From the NCBI GenBank assembly GCA_963715915.1, contig CAVQSU010000006.1:50254-114253 (forward strand): 64,000 nt of DNA, given 5' to 3'. Made by a program: the position numbers and the translations under genes. Origin of the DNA: an uncultured Chloroflexia bacterium. GTDB lineage: Bacteria > Chloroflexota > Anaerolineae > Anaerolineales > Anaerolineaceae. This document shows, in pieces, positions 52,711 to 63,595 of the stretch (its first letter is position 1; every line of letters starts with the position of its first letter). The notes beneath the pieces are model-generated. The model had not been told where the DNA came from. It searched no databases and was given only the letters and a program-made list of their open reading frames with translations.

Positions 52711-54348
52711 TTAAAACAGGAACATTGCCAGGATTCCAACAATGAGGCAGATTAGCAATGAAGGTAGTATTGTAAAGCGAATGATTTTCCCTTCATTCCC
52801 TTGCAGGTTTACCACCGAACTGGCTGCGACCACATTTACCACACAAATCATGTTGCCTACCGCTGCACCGACCGTTTGCAACGCATTAATCAACGCCGGA
52901 TCCAATTTATTTTCCACAGCTGCGCCAAATTGAAATAACGAGAACATTAAATTGCTGAAGGTGGCACTACCGGAGATAAATGCCCCTAATGAACCAACGT
53001 AAGGTGCAAACAATGGCCAGACCGGACCTAAAACGGAAGCCATACTGGCTGCCAGTTCAATCGGCATACTACCCAGATTGAGCTGGTTGAAACCTGAATT
53101 GATGAAAATACGCACCAGCGGTACAGCAGTTCCCAGGGCGATGGTGCTGCTGATCAGACTGGTGGCGGAGGTTTTCAAAGCTCCACCTAATTCTTTTTTC
53201 TTCAACCCCAGTAGAAAGACACTGATGATGGCAGTCAATGTGAAGATCGCACCTGGGGAGTACAAAGGTGCGAATTGGGTTGATATTTCCGTTCCCAGGA
53301 TATTGGACCATCCAATCTGCGGGATATTGAGCCATGCTTTAAATGGGAGAAAGCGTAGGCGGGACAATAACAAAATGATGGTGGCAATCAAATAAGGGGA
53401 AAGCGCTTTAAAGGTTGGAATTTTCAGTGGTTCTTGCATAGCAATTAATTGTGACGGCGCGGACGTGTGAAAAAACCAGGGTTCTTTCGGAAGAAGAATA
53501 CCTTTTTTTGCCAGAGTCACCATGACGATCAATGCCAGCATACTTCCCAGTAACGTTGGAAATTCCGGGCCAAGAAACACTGCAATCAGCACAGAAAATG
53601 TGGTGAAGGTGAAACCAGACAACAAGGCAAACTTCCAGATCCCCAGACCTTCTTTCCAGCTTTTATTTTCACCCCAAAAACGAGTCAACATGGCAGAGAG
53701 TAATAACGGTAAAAATGTGCCAGGTAACCAGTTCAACATCGCAGATTTAGCACTGACAATATGTAAATACTCGGAGAGTGGCAAAGTTCCTAAATAATTG
53801 GCAACAATCGGAGCCAGATCAGGTCCTTGTTGTAAACCCTGTGCCAGTCCCACAAAGATGGTGGTGCCGACGCTGCCATAGGTAACCGGGAAGCTGTTGG
53901 AAATCAGTGCCAGAACGACTGCGGCTAATGGAGGAAAACCGAGGGCGACCAATAATGGCGCACAGATGGCTGCTGGCGTCCCAAACCCGGAAGCCCCTTC
54001 CAGAAATGCACCAAACAACCAGGCAATCAAGATTACCTGCACCCGGCGATCTGGTGAGATGGTGGTGAAGAAATGTCTGATTGTGTTGATCGCGCCACTG
54101 GAACGCAGAACATTTAGCAGAAAGACAGCCCCAAAGATGATCCAGAGTACTGAACCGGCAATAATCAGACCCTCGAAGGAAGCAGCCGTAACCTGCTTTA
54201 GCGGAACTTGCCAGATCAAAAAAGCCAATCCGGCATGGATGAACCAACTGAGCGGCATAGCTTTGACAGCCGGCAAACGCAGGAGGACTAAGAAAATGAG
54301 GACTAATAGAACTGGAGAAATTGCAACTAGAAATAATGAAGCGTTCAT
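52711..54348 (-). CDS. L-lactate/glycolate permease (LctP family)
   Basis: A 545-aa polytopic protein with LctP-type segments ([38 protein letters not shown]). Confidence 0.85.
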   Translation of the reverse strand: MNASLFLVAISPVLLVLIFLVLLRLPAVKAMPLSWFIHAGLAFLIWQVPLKQVTAASFEGLIIAGSVLWIIFGAVFLLNVLRSSGAINTIRHFFTTISPDRRVQVILIAWLFGAFLEGASGFGTPAAICAPLLVALGFPPLAAVVLALISNSFPVTYGSVGTTIFVGLAQGLQQGPDLAPIVANYLGTLPLSEYLHIVSAKSAMLNWLPGTFLPLLLSAMLTRFWGENKSWKEGLGIWKFALLSGFTFTTFSVLIAVFLGPEFPTLLGSMLALIVMVTLAKKGILLPKEPWFFHTSAPSQLIAMQEPLKIPTFKALSPYLIATIILLLSRLRFLPFKAWLNIPQIGWSNILGTEISTQFAPLYSPGAIFTLTAIISVFLLGLKKKELGGALKTSATSLISSTIALGTAVPLVRIFINSGFNQLNLGSMPIELAASMASVLGPVWPLFAPYVGSLGAFISGSATFSNLMFSLFQFGAAVENKLDPALINALQTVGAAVGNMICVVNVVAASSVVNLQGNEGKIIRFTILPSLLICLIVGILAMFLF

Positions 54349-54492
54349 GTACCCTGCTGATGATTGAATATGGTCGATTTTACCATTGGATGATGAACAG
54401 CGTCAGAGGGGTTTTAAAAATAGATAGATTTACGCTAACTGACCCGATTGAAACCGTTTATAATAAAATTATCCTTCTCTCTTGAGGTGAGC

Positions 54493-55884
54493 ATGCCCAA
54501 TCCATACGAAAATTATCAGTCTCCATTCAGCTGGCGTTATGCCAGCCCGGAAATGCGCTCTTTGTGGAGTGAGCAACAAAAACGCTTGTTATGGCGAAAA
54601 ATTTGGGTTGCTTTGGCACAGGCTCAATCTGAATTTGGTTTGTTTTCCGGAGATTTGGTGCAAGAATTGGCATCGCATGCGAAAGAAATAGATGTCGAAG
54701 CTGCATTGGAAATTGAGGCCCAAATCCATCATGATCTGATGGCGGAGCTGAAAACTTTTGCGGCTCAATGCCCGAATGCTGGTGGCGTTTTGCACCTGGG
54801 GGCGACATCCATGGATATCGAGGACAATGCCGATGCGTTGCGATTGCGCTCTGCTTTGAATATCATCCTGGAAAAACTTAATGAACTCATGCGATTATTT
54901 GCTGATCGAATAGAAAAAACAGCCAATCTTCCGGTAATGGCCTTTACGCATCTTCAGCCAGCAGAACCCACCACACTCGGATACCGCTTTGCTTTTCATG
55001 TCCAGGATTTATGGCAGGATTGGCAACAGCTCAAACAGATCAGAGACAATACACGTGGAAAAGGGTTTAAAGGTGCTGTGGGAACTGGGGCAGCATTTGG
55101 TGAACTGATCGGCTCTCAAAATCTGACCCATTTTGAGGAAAGATTGGGTGAATTGTTGGATTTGAAGTTTTATGCCATCTCTCACCAGACTTATCCGCGC
55201 AAACAGGATTATCTGATTCTGAATGCCCTGGCTGGGCTGGGAGCAACGTTGTATAAATTTGCCTTTGATTTGAGGGTACTGCAGAGTCCACCGATTGGCG
55301 AGCTCAGTGAACCATTTGGAAAACACCAGGTAGGTTCTTCTGCCATGCCGTTTAAACGCAACCCCATCAACGCCGAGAAAATTGATTCTCTGGCGCGCCA
55401 ACTCTCGGTTTATCCGCAAATCGCCTGGCAAAATGCAGCCAATTCCTTACTGGAGCGCACCCTGGATGACAGTGCGAACCGCCGTACCATTTTACCGGAA
55501 GCGTTCTTAATCGCGGATGAATTGCTGCGAATCAGCATACCCTTGGTACGTGATTTGACCATCAACACGACTGCCATCCAGCGCAATCTGGAAACGTATG
55601 CGCCGTTTGCAATGACGGAGCGGATCATGATGCTGGCAGGGAAGAAAGGTGCAGACCGTCAGGCAATGCATGAAATCCTGCGACAGCACGCATTGATCGC
55701 CTGGCAGGCAGTTCAACAAGGACAGCCGAATCCATTGATCGAACGATTACAGCAAGATACTGAATTATTGCGTTGGATAACCTCCGAAGAAATTCGTCAG
55801 CTTGCAGATTTGGATTCCTATACCGGATTTGCCAGACAACATGCTATGGATCTGGTTCGAATAATTCGGGAGCAAATTCAGTAA
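54493..55884 (+). CDS. purB: Adenylosuccinate lyase
   Basis: YQSPFSWRYASPEMRSLWSE, the fumarate-lyase signature SSAMPFKRNP, and an appropriate length. ATG 54493 follows GAGGTGA. Confidence 0.92.
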   Translation: MPNPYENYQSPFSWRYASPEMRSLWSEQQKRLLWRKIWVALAQAQSEFGLFSGDLVQELASHAKEIDVEAALEIEAQIHHDLMAELKTFAAQCPNAGGVLHLGATSMDIEDNADALRLRSALNIILEKLNELMRLFADRIEKTANLPVMAFTHLQPAEPTTLGYRFAFHVQDLWQDWQQLKQIRDNTRGKGFKGAVGTGAAFGELIGSQNLTHFEERLGELLDLKFYAISHQTYPRKQDYLILNALAGLGATLYKFAFDLRVLQSPPIGELSEPFGKHQVGSSAMPFKRNPINAEKIDSLARQLSVYPQIAWQNAANSLLERTLDDSANRRTILPEAFLIADELLRISIPLVRDLTINTTAIQRNLETYAPFAMTERIMMLAGKKGADRQAMHEILRQHALIAWQAVQQGQPNPLIERLQQDTELLRWITSEEIRQLADLDSYTGFARQHAMDLVRIIREQIQ

Positions 55885-56005
55885 TTTGTCTTAATAAAAT
55901 TGAATATATCAGATACCCATGATTTTAACTTGGGTTTAATCGCACTTTTTTCTATAATGATTGAAATTGTCTGAACAATCGATAATTGATCGACCAGGAG
56001 TTATC

Positions 56006-57491
56006 ATGAATGAAGCTTTGTTTGCCCAATTAGATTCACTTACCTTTGATGATGTTTTAATTGAACCGGGTTTTAGCCAGATCCTACCGGCACAGGTAGA
56101 TGTGCATGCTTATCTCACCCGCGAGCTGCGCCTTAATATTCCACTGTTATCCGCTGCAATGGATACGGTGACAGAATCCCGCCTGGCAATTGCGCTGGGA
56201 CGTGAGGGGGGCGTGGGAATTATTCACCGAAATCTTTCTCCTGAGGACCAGGCACGCGAAGTGGAAATCGTCAAACGCTCTGAATCCGGTATGATTTCGG
56301 ATCCCATTACCTTACCACCAACAGCTACCCTGGCTGATGCATCATCGATCATGGAGCGGTTCCACATCAGTGGGGTGCCCATCATCGACCCGGCAGGAGA
56401 AAAATTAGTGGGGATTTTGACCAATCGGGATATACGCTTTACCCAGCCAGAGGATCTGCAACACCCGGTTAGTGAATTTATGACTTATGAGCGTTTGATC
56501 ACAGCTGAGTTAGGCACCACCCTCGATCAGGCCAAAAGCATTCTTCAGAAATACAGGATCGAGAAACTACCGCTGGTGGATAAAGATGGGCATCTAAAAG
56601 GGCTCATCACCGTGAAAGATATTCAGAAAAAACTACAGTTTCCGAATGCCGCCAAGGATTCATCCGGAAGATTGCTGGTGGGTGCTGCAGTGGGTGTGGG
56701 ACCTGATCTGGAGACTCGTGTAGAAGCGATGACTGCCAAAAATCTGGATGTGGTGGTGATCGATACTGCCCATGGACATACAGCCGGAGTCATCGAAGCC
56801 ATTAAACGAGATTAAAGCCATTCGCCCGGATCTACCTGTGATTGCCGGGAATGTCGTCACCGAGGAAGGGACTCAGGCTTTGATTGATGCAGGGGTGGAT
56901 GCCATCAAAGTCGGGGTGGGAGCTGGCTCCATCTGTACCACCCGGGTGGTATCTGGTGCAGGCATGCCGCAATTAAGCGCTATTTACCGTTGTGCCAGGA
57001 TTGCCAGACAGCATTCCATTCCTGTGATTGCGGATGGTGGTATTAAATTCAGTGGTGATATCGTCAAAGCGATCGTTGCTGGGGCAGACTCGGTCATGTT
57101 AGGCAGTCTTTTAGCCGGTCTGAAGGAATCTCCTGGAGAAGATATTCTATATGAAGGCAGACAATTCAAAGCATATCGCGGGATGGGATCCATGGGTGCT
57201 ATGCAAGGGTATGGAAAAGATCGTTACGGATCGGGTCAGGCTGGTGCAGGAAAGCTGGTTCCGGAAGGTGTGGAAGGCATGGTGCCTTATAAAGGTGCAT
57301 TGAGTGATTTCATCTACCAGCTGGTGGGTGGGTTACGTTCCGGAATGGGATACGCCGGAGCAGCCGACCTGGAAGATTTACGCTCAAAAACACGCCTGGT
57401 ACGGATCACCAATGCCGGGTTGATCGAATCTCATCCGCACGATATTACCATCACCCGTGAGGCTCCAAATTACCAGCGAGGAGATCAATAA
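56006..57491 (+). pseudogene. guaB: IMP dehydrogenase with a single frameshift near 56808-56810
   Basis: [13 protein letters not shown], a CBS pair, ...[18 protein letters not shown] then a stop. The conserved continuation [17 protein letters not shown]...GSICTTR...GGIKFSGD...[11 protein letters not shown] is in the +1 frame (ORF 56772..57491). Confidence 0.88.
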
Positions 57492-57567
57492 ACAGGTTGG
57501 ATGATTAAACTTTTTTTAGCAGTTGGATAACGAATCATTATTAATAATTTTTTGCTAAAATGATGCA

Positions 57568-58518
57568 ATGAACAATCAATCTGATCCTGATAGATATCAA
57601 CAACTGAGAGAAATCATAAATCAAAACCCAAATGATCCAGAAGCTTGGATGAAACTGGGTAATTTTCAACTGGATCTTGATGAACAGATCCAGGCTCAAA
57701 AATCATTTACCAGAGTATTGGAATTAGAACCTGGAAATATAGAAGCTCAGGTGAATCTTGACCGATTACTTCAAAGAAAAAATTCAGAAAATTCACTCAA
57801 AAATTTCTTAAATTTGGAAGAAATTAAATGGATTGAAACTGAAATTCCACTCTGGCTGCAATTGATCATCTCCTTATTCAGCTTTGTCGTTATCTTTATA
57901 TTAGCCAGAGTCGAAAACTGGACAGCGGGTAACATGGTCTGGAGCTTATGGATTACCAGTTTGATAACCGGTTATTGTTACTTATTAGCAGGGATTGTCA
58001 GTAATGCATTAGGTAACGGTATTCTCTCGGAAGATAGCCTGGTCAATCGGCTGTTTCAGGGTTCAATACACTCAGGAATAAAATATGGTCTGCTTCTCTT
58101 TGGCTTACTTTTCCAATTGGTTTTCTTTACCGTTCATTTTGGATTATTTCATTTCGTCTATTCTATTTTTCTCAGTCAATTCTTCCCGATCATGAATAGA
58201 TCATTTGAAAGGTTTCCGGATTTTTTGTTTTTTGTGAGTATCAGTTTTAAGACATATTGGCCAGTGATTCTATTTACCCTGTTTGCTTCCTTACGGAAAT
58301 TTCAACGTATTCTGAGTCAAAATGAAGTTAATTTCACTAAAAGAGCCTATGTTAATGTGATCAAAATTCATTTATCTATTTTTCTTTTTGCTGGCTTAAG
58401 TGCTACCGGAATTAATGAATGGATGTTTCTATTGATTTTTATTATTTATTTTTTCCCCTTTTCAGCAGTTTTCGAATTTTTAAAAAACCTGAAACAAAAA
58501 CCTGCCTTGGCAGATTGA
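57568..58518 (+). CDS. Hypothetical membrane protein with an N-terminal TPR-like segment
   Basis: The N-terminal ~70 aa are TPR-like (PEAWMKLGNFQL...FTRVLELEPGNIEAQVNL). These are followed by about 6 hydrophobic helices rich in Phe/His. The gene is AT-rich. Confidence 0.5.
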   Translation: MNNQSDPDRYQQLREIINQNPNDPEAWMKLGNFQLDLDEQIQAQKSFTRVLELEPGNIEAQVNLDRLLQRKNSENSLKNFLNLEEIKWIETEIPLWLQLIISLFSFVVIFILARVENWTAGNMVWSLWITSLITGYCYLLAGIVSNALGNGILSEDSLVNRLFQGSIHSGIKYGLLLFGLLFQLVFFTVHFGLFHFVYSIFLSQFFPIMNRSFERFPDFLFFVSISFKTYWPVILFTLFASLRKFQRILSQNEVNFTKRAYVNVIKIHLSIFLFAGLSATGINEWMFLLIFIIYFFPFSAVFEFLKNLKQKPALAD

Positions 58519-58525
58519 AAAATGA

Positions 58526-59437
58526 TCAAACAGGTATAAAAACAGATAACATCAAACCAACAGTATATAAGAGACTAAATACCAGGGTTAATTGCCCGGT
58601 ACCTGCCAAAGTCTTATTAAGAATTTTTCCTCGCTGGTTCAAAACAGAACTGCTGGTGGAAAAAACGAGAGGTAATGATAACCAGGTTAATAATAGCCAG
58701 GGAGTAGCGATATCGCTGATACTCAACAGGACGACAATCACAAACGCCAGAATAACAATACTGACAAATTCCTGACGCGCCCATTCCAATCCAAAACGAA
58801 CAGCTAAGGTTCTCTTATTGGCGGCTTTATCACTTTCGTAGTCCCGGACATTATTGACGACCAGGATGGCGACAATTAATAATCCGACGGGTATGCTCGA
58901 AAGTACTGCCAGTTGGCTGATGGTTTTCGTTTGAGCGTAATAAGTTCCACAAACGGCTGCAAACCCAAAGAAGATAAATACAAAGATCTCTCCCAGACCC
59001 TTATAACCATAGGGGAATGGACCACCTGTATAGGCGATGGCAGCCAGAATTGCCAATATACCGATTAATAAAATAAACCAACCAGAAACCAGTGTCATGT
59101 AAATACCGCAAATAGCTGCCAGTACGAAAGTAATCCACATCCCGGTTTTCACTGCAACAGGTGATAATAGACCTGCCTGGGTTACGCGCATAGGTCCTAG
59201 CCGGTTATGTTGGTCAGCACCCTTTTCAAAATCGAAAACATCGTTGGCTAAATTTGCCCCAATCTGGAGCAATAATGCCCCCAAAAAGGCTGCTAAAGCC
59301 GGTCCAAATCGAAAGCTTTGTTCGGCAAATGCAACCGCACAACCGATGATAACCGGTGAGACTGCTGCTGGGAGTGTTTTTGGTCGCGATGCTAAGAGCC
59401 ATGCCTGGTATTTGGGGATTTTCATTTGTTCATTCAT
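58526..59437 (-). CDS. menA: 1,4-dihydroxy-2-naphthoate polyprenyltransferase (UbiA superfamily)
   Basis: WLLASRPKTLPAAVSPVIIG, NDVFDFEKGAD and DYESDKAANKRTLAV are MenA-type motifs. Confidence 0.85.
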   Translation of the reverse strand: MNEQMKIPKYQAWLLASRPKTLPAAVSPVIIGCAVAFAEQSFRFGPALAAFLGALLLQIGANLANDVFDFEKGADQHNRLGPMRVTQAGLLSPVAVKTGMWITFVLAAICGIYMTLVSGWFILLIGILAILAAIAYTGGPFPYGYKGLGEIFVFIFFGFAAVCGTYYAQTKTISQLAVLSSIPVGLLIVAILVVNNVRDYESDKAANKRTLAVRFGLEWARQEFVSIVILAFVIVVLLSISDIATPWLLLTWLSLPLVFSTSSSVLNQRGKILNKTLAGTGQLTLVFSLLYTVGLMLSVFIPV

Positions 59438-59509
59438 AAGATTTGATTAAAAATTTTTAGACAGTTTTTCAGATTATAAATTGCATGATTTATACCAGAT
59501 TGCTGAATT

Positions 59510-60403
59510 CTATGGAATTTCCAGTTCACCACGCAGGACTGTTACCGCTGGTCCACCAACTTTGACTGTCTCAATATCATCCCGTGGACCAACTACTTCC
59601 ACTTTTGCCTGACCGGGACGATGCATCCAATGACCTTGTTCTGCTATGAAGATGGGATCCTCTAATAGTCCATAATGCCACAAATAAGCAGCCATACCAC
59701 CGGTGGCTGATCCGGTGAATGGATCTTCAAAAATATCTGGCGGGGGGCTGAGATGCCGGGCAAATGTTTTTCCAGCTGTGCTGACACCACCCAGACAGAA
59801 GAAATGGGAAGAAAACCAATCGCTGTTTTGGTGCAATTCCTGATAGGCTTTGCTATTAGGGTTGAGTTTCTTAAGCACATCCAGATTTTTTACACAGACC
59901 ATCAATTGCGGGGTACCGGTGCTGACTGTCTGTACAGGAACATCAGGCATTAAATCAATCTTTGATAATCCAAACACAGTCAAGATCTTCTCAGGCTCAT
60001 AGATTCGTAAAAATTGAGGTTTTTTCTGGCTCATGATGATATTCTTGACCTGACCGTTGTGTGACTGAATTTCTACCGGGATAGGTCCAACTTGCAATTC
60101 AAGATGAATATGGGTGATATCTCCAGAAAGCTTAAGACGACCGGAATCAACCAGAGCAAAGGTGGTTGCAATGGTCGGATGCCCGGCTAATGGAATTTCT
60201 CCCATTGGGGTGAAATAGCGAACTTTAAAATCAGCGACCTTAGATGATTGTACGAATGCAGACTCGGACAAATTCATTTCACGAGTGATGGCCAGCATGG
60301 TCTGGTCATCCAGGTCTTCTGCATCGAAAAAGACAGCGCAGGGGTTTCCGCCCAATGCTACCTCTGTAAAAGCATCGACTTGCATAAATGGATATTTTTG
60401 CAT
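59510..60403 (-). CDS. PhzF-family isomerase
   Basis: VDAFT....GNP.AV, NLSE.AF, GHPT and FEDP.TGSA are PhzF-family hallmarks. Confidence 0.85.
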   Translation of the reverse strand: MQKYPFMQVDAFTEVALGGNPCAVFFDAEDLDDQTMLAITREMNLSESAFVQSSKVADFKVRYFTPMGEIPLAGHPTIATTFALVDSGRLKLSGDITHIHLELQVGPIPVEIQSHNGQVKNIIMSQKKPQFLRIYEPEKILTVFGLSKIDLMPDVPVQTVSTGTPQLMVCVKNLDVLKKLNPNSKAYQELHQNSDWFSSHFFCLGGVSTAGKTFARHLSPPPDIFEDPFTGSATGGMAAYLWHYGLLEDPIFIAEQGHWMHRPGQAKVEVVGPRDDIETVKVGGPAVTVLRGELEIP

Positions 60404-60416
60404 TAAAAAGCCTTAA

Positions 60417-61175
60417 CTAATCCACACAGAGATCATCTTCTTCGGGATTTTCAAATGCTGAGGTAGATCCAACAAATTCGATATCTCCAGACGTTGTTAC
60501 CTTAATTGTTTGCATGAATGTTGTGTGTGGACCACAGCCGCATGCTAAATATCTAAACAAAACAACCTCAAATCCACCTTCTACAGCTTGAACAGTCGTT
60601 TCTTGTAAATTGTCTGTCAGAATTCTATAATCCTTCAGGTTATCTAGATCATATCTGGCTTCTGCCCCAGTCGCTGCAATCGCATAACCTAACGCTTGCT
60701 CAGCGGTAGTGATGGGGGCAAAATTATATTTTAGATCTTCCAAATCCCGGATGAGCAAATAATCACCATCCTGATACACCAATAATCTCTGTTTTACCTC
60801 GACGGAGCATCCGCTGTTATATAAACCCTTTGCTTCAGTTTCATCGGGAGGAGTTTGAAGTTGTGGGGCATAGGTACAACTGACAAATTGACTCTCAGTC
60901 TTAATGAAATTAAGATATTGTGGAGCAGTAATCAAAGTATCACACCCCATTTTTTTGGGGATGCTGTCCTGGTTACATACAGCGTAATTGTCTGATTGCC
61001 AGACACAGCCAATTTTTTGGAAAGGTGACAAGTCCTGAACCTCAACAACCGGTGGGGTGCTGGCAATAATATTCTCACTGGATTGACTGACCCAGGGTAA
61101 AGAACAGGCGGAAGCAATGAACAATATAAAAATGGGTATAAATAATAGCCTGATTTGTTTCTTGTTTTGGGTCAT
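60417..61175 (-). CDS. Hypothetical Cys-rich lipoprotein
   Basis: Signal peptide plus lipobox (FIASACS). There are about 10 further Cys residues. I do not recognise any domain. Confidence 0.5.
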   Translation of the reverse strand: MTQNKKQIRLLFIPIFILFIASACSLPWVSQSSENIIASTPPVVEVQDLSPFQKIGCVWQSDNYAVCNQDSIPKKMGCDTLITAPQYLNFIKTESQFVSCTYAPQLQTPPDETEAKGLYNSGCSVEVKQRLLVYQDGDYLLIRDLEDLKYNFAPITTAEQALGYAIAATGAEARYDLDNLKDYRILTDNLQETTVQAVEGGFEVVLFRYLACGCGPHTTFMQTIKVTTSGDIEFVGSTSAFENPEEDDLCVD

Positions 61176-61302
61176 ATGAGTTCATCCTCTACGCTTTGAT
61201 TGAAAAAATAAATTAATTATCCAATTAATTGTATTATAGTTTGAAATAGATCAGAAATGAGCGATAAATTTGATTTTCTTAAATAGCTGGTGAAAAAACT
61301 AT

Positions 61303-61980
61303 TTAACCAGCAATTTCACGCTGAAAAGTCAGAGTTGGCTTTTGCCAATCATTATTTTCAATGATTACATCAGCATGTTGTAAGGGATGACAGCGTTCCA
61401 GGTAAATTTGATGAGCAGGAAAACAGCGCAGCAGGTATTTCTTGTGAATATTCTCCGGAGAATGATAATAATATAAATCGCGTTTGAAAGCTCTATCCAG
61501 ACTTACATCCTGGTCGATATCAATATAAACACGAATATCCCAAAAAGGATCGAGTTCCTGTCGTTGCAGGAATAAACCATCAAATAATAAGATGGCATGA
61601 TCTTGAGCTATTTCCCAATCACTTTCAACAACTTGATCCGTTGTGAAATCAAAAACCTGTTTGCGAAATTGGCGGTTTCCTCCCGGGCTGAGGGGTTCCA
61701 GGACGTTGGAAATAATCGCCTCAAGATTAAAAAAATTGTAATAATAGCCTTCGGGAGAATATTCTCCGCGACGATAACGGTATTTTTTGGGGTGGTGAAA
61801 TCCATCGATGGATATATTGATAATCTGACGTTTGCTTTTCTTTAATGGAAAAATCAGTTCTTTGGCTAATTTTGATTTACCAGCGTTATCCAATCCATCA
61901 ATAGCCACTCGAATGGGATGTTCTCTGCTCTTTTCAAGGATGTATTTGGATAAAGATTCCAGCAATTGTGATCGCAGCAT
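61303..61980 (-). CDS. Uridine kinase/PRK-family P-loop nucleoside kinase-like protein
   Basis: P-loop-like AIDGLDNAGKSKLA, with DGFH...DG.FL...D..VY.D as in the Udk/PRK family. I set the start at ATG 61980, directly after the upstream stop. Confidence 0.6.
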   Translation of the reverse strand: MLRSQLLESLSKYILEKSREHPIRVAIDGLDNAGKSKLAKELIFPLKKSKRQIINISIDGFHHPKKYRYRRGEYSPEGYYYNFFNLEAIISNVLEPLSPGGNRQFRKQVFDFTTDQVVESDWEIAQDHAILLFDGLFLQRQELDPFWDIRVYIDIDQDVSLDRAFKRDLYYYHSPENIHKKYLLRCFPAHQIYLERCHPLQHADVIIENNDWQKPTLTFQREIAG

Positions 61981-61984
61981 TGAT

Positions 61985-62554
61985 TCATTTTCTCCGTTTT
62001 TTGATGAGTAGCAAGAAGAACAGAAAAACTGTGGTGAATTGCCAGAACCAGGCATATTCTCCCGGTCCATCATTGCCAGTTTTATCTGCAATCCGATTAA
62101 TTCGAATCAGCCGATAGTCCTTGGTCACTTCTGATAATGTAACATCATCCATCGTCAAGGGGTGAATACCGAACATTGGCGCAGCAAATCCACTGCCGAT
62201 CAACACTTCCCGCATAATATCCAATCGATCCGGATGATCGCTGACATCTTCAGCTTGTGCTCGCCACCACCCTTTCGTTAACCATACTTCAATTTCTGGA
62301 TTACGTATCAGGTTCTTGTACCAATCAGATTGCACGCCAAATCCGGAGGTACAGTAAATTTCACCATCCATAGTGGAATAGTTGACCGGGGTGAGGTACT
62401 TATTTCCAGTTTTGCGACCATAATGAGTAATCACCAAAAAACGGCCCATAACTTTTGGCCAGCAATTGAGGGTTTTACCTAATCCTAATTTCCATAAAAG
62501 AACCATAAATTTATTCAAATATTTGAACATTTTCCTTAATAATTCTTCATTCAT
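61985..62554 (-). CDS. Nitroreductase-family deazaflavin-dependent oxidoreductase-like (DUF385/DDN) protein with a C-terminal TM tail
   Basis: L.ITH.GRKTG..Y.TPVNY....GE.Y......G..SDWYKNL..NP...V is typical of the DUF385 split beta-barrel family. The hydrophobic C-terminus is FTTVFLFFLLLIKKRRK. Confidence 0.6.
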   Translation of the reverse strand: MNEELLRKMFKYLNKFMVLLWKLGLGKTLNCWPKVMGRFLVITHYGRKTGNKYLTPVNYSTMDGEIYCTSGFGVQSDWYKNLIRNPEIEVWLTKGWWRAQAEDVSDHPDRLDIMREVLIGSGFAAPMFGIHPLTMDDVTLSEVTKDYRLIRINRIADKTGNDGPGEYAWFWQFTTVFLFFLLLIKKRRK

Positions 62555-62568
62555 CGAATTGCTCCTAC

Positions 62569-62910
62569 TTATTCAAAAAATTGATTCAGAATTGGAATTA
62601 CCCGTATAAGCGGTTCTTCATAAGGGTGTGCAGCCCGTATCGCTTGAAGAGTTGCCGAGACATGCTCCTTCTTACAATTAACTTCCAGTTTGATTTCAGG
62701 TGCAGTTTCCATCTCTCCTACATTTCCTTGAAATGGATCCGAACCGGGTAATGGACGCCAATGGCCAGTCACCTGGGTAGTGGCAAAGACATTATCATAG
62801 TTTCCAACGATCCCAGCTTGAGCAGCGGTTAGCGCGAGTCGAGTGGCTTCCAAATATTCTGCCGGAAGGTAGACTTCAATTTTAAAATATGTAACAGTAT
62901 TTAAATTCAT
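62569..62910 (-). CDS. Small conserved hypothetical protein (possibly the YqfO/Nif3 C-terminal-domain-like fold)
   Basis: A 113-aa ORF with plausible coding character. The segments KIEVYLP...AGIVGNYDN..F...G.WRPL.GS.PF.G..GE......E.KLEV and AHPYEEP resemble that family by recall only. Confidence 0.4.
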   Translation of the reverse strand: MNLNTVTYFKIEVYLPAEYLEATRLALTAAQAGIVGNYDNVFATTQVTGHWRPLPGSDPFQGNVGEMETAPEIKLEVNCKKEHVSATLQAIRAAHPYEEPLIRVIPILNQFFE

Positions 62911-62954
62911 TTATTACGTTCCTGATATTATTGGAAAAACCTGAAGATTATGAA

Positions 62955-63155
62955 TTAAGATTTTAAATTGCGGAGGTTTTGAGTAGCAGGTTGATTACGT
63001 TTTTTTGGGGAGAAAAGCCACTCTTTTAAGGATGAGAAAAATTTGATTTTTGAAGGGGAATGTTGAAAATCCTTTGGGATTTGTGTACACAAGCATTGAT
63101 AGATAATAACAGGGCTGTTACCATACGTCGGTTGATTGAACTCAGACTCCCTCAT
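62955..63155 (-). CDS. Hypothetical small basic protein (66 aa)
   Basis: The ATG at 63155 is preceded by a strong GGAGG with a 6-nt spacer (minus strand GGAGGTTAAATATG). No similarity recognised. Confidence 0.35.
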   Translation of the reverse strand: MRESEFNQPTYGNSPVIIYQCLCTQIPKDFQHSPSKIKFFSSLKEWLFSPKKRNQPATQNLRNLKS

Positions 63156-63268
63156 ATTTAACCTCCAGTTTCTATCAATAGTATAAAGAAAAATGTCCGA
63201 GGATTCAAATTTTTTTTAATGACGACACTTATTATTAATTTTTTCAGAAATTATGACAAAAAAAGGTA

Positions 63269-63595
63269 TTATGCAATCCAATTGTAGATGCTCATGTCAA
63301 TGCTATTATCGGTGTTAAAGATGATTCCCTCCTGTTCCAGCAACGCTCTTTGCATCGCAGATCCAAAGCCGGCACCATGCGGGCTGACCTTGCCTTTGGA
63401 GTTGATCACTCTTTGCCAGGGAACGCCAGAATCATTTGGTAATGAAGCTAGCGCATAACCCACCATGCGAGCCGTGCATCCCGGGATCATTCTTGAAATC
63501 TGACCGTAGCTAGCAACCTTCCCAGATGGAATTTGTTTCACAATGTAATACACTCTGTCACGATACGTAATTTTCTTAATCATCATAAAACTCAA
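63269..63595 (-). CDS. Alkyltransferase-like (ATL) protein: MGMT DNA-binding domain without the acceptor cysteine
   Basis: MGMT C-terminal fold (VASYGQISRMIPG.TARMVGYALASLP). The PCHRV active site is replaced by PWQRV. Confidence 0.75.
   Translation of the reverse strand: MSFMMIKKITYRDRVYYIVKQIPSGKVASYGQISRMIPGCTARMVGYALASLPNDSGVPWQRVINSKGKVSPHGAGFGSAMQRALLEQEGIIFNTDNSIDMSIYNWIA

Noticed and set aside
57568-58518. The AT-rich TPR-membrane gene as a horizontally acquired island.
   Set aside because: It is a single gene with no flanking repeats, tRNA or mobility genes. The AT-richness is explained by the Phe/Ile/Leu/Asn-rich membrane-protein composition.
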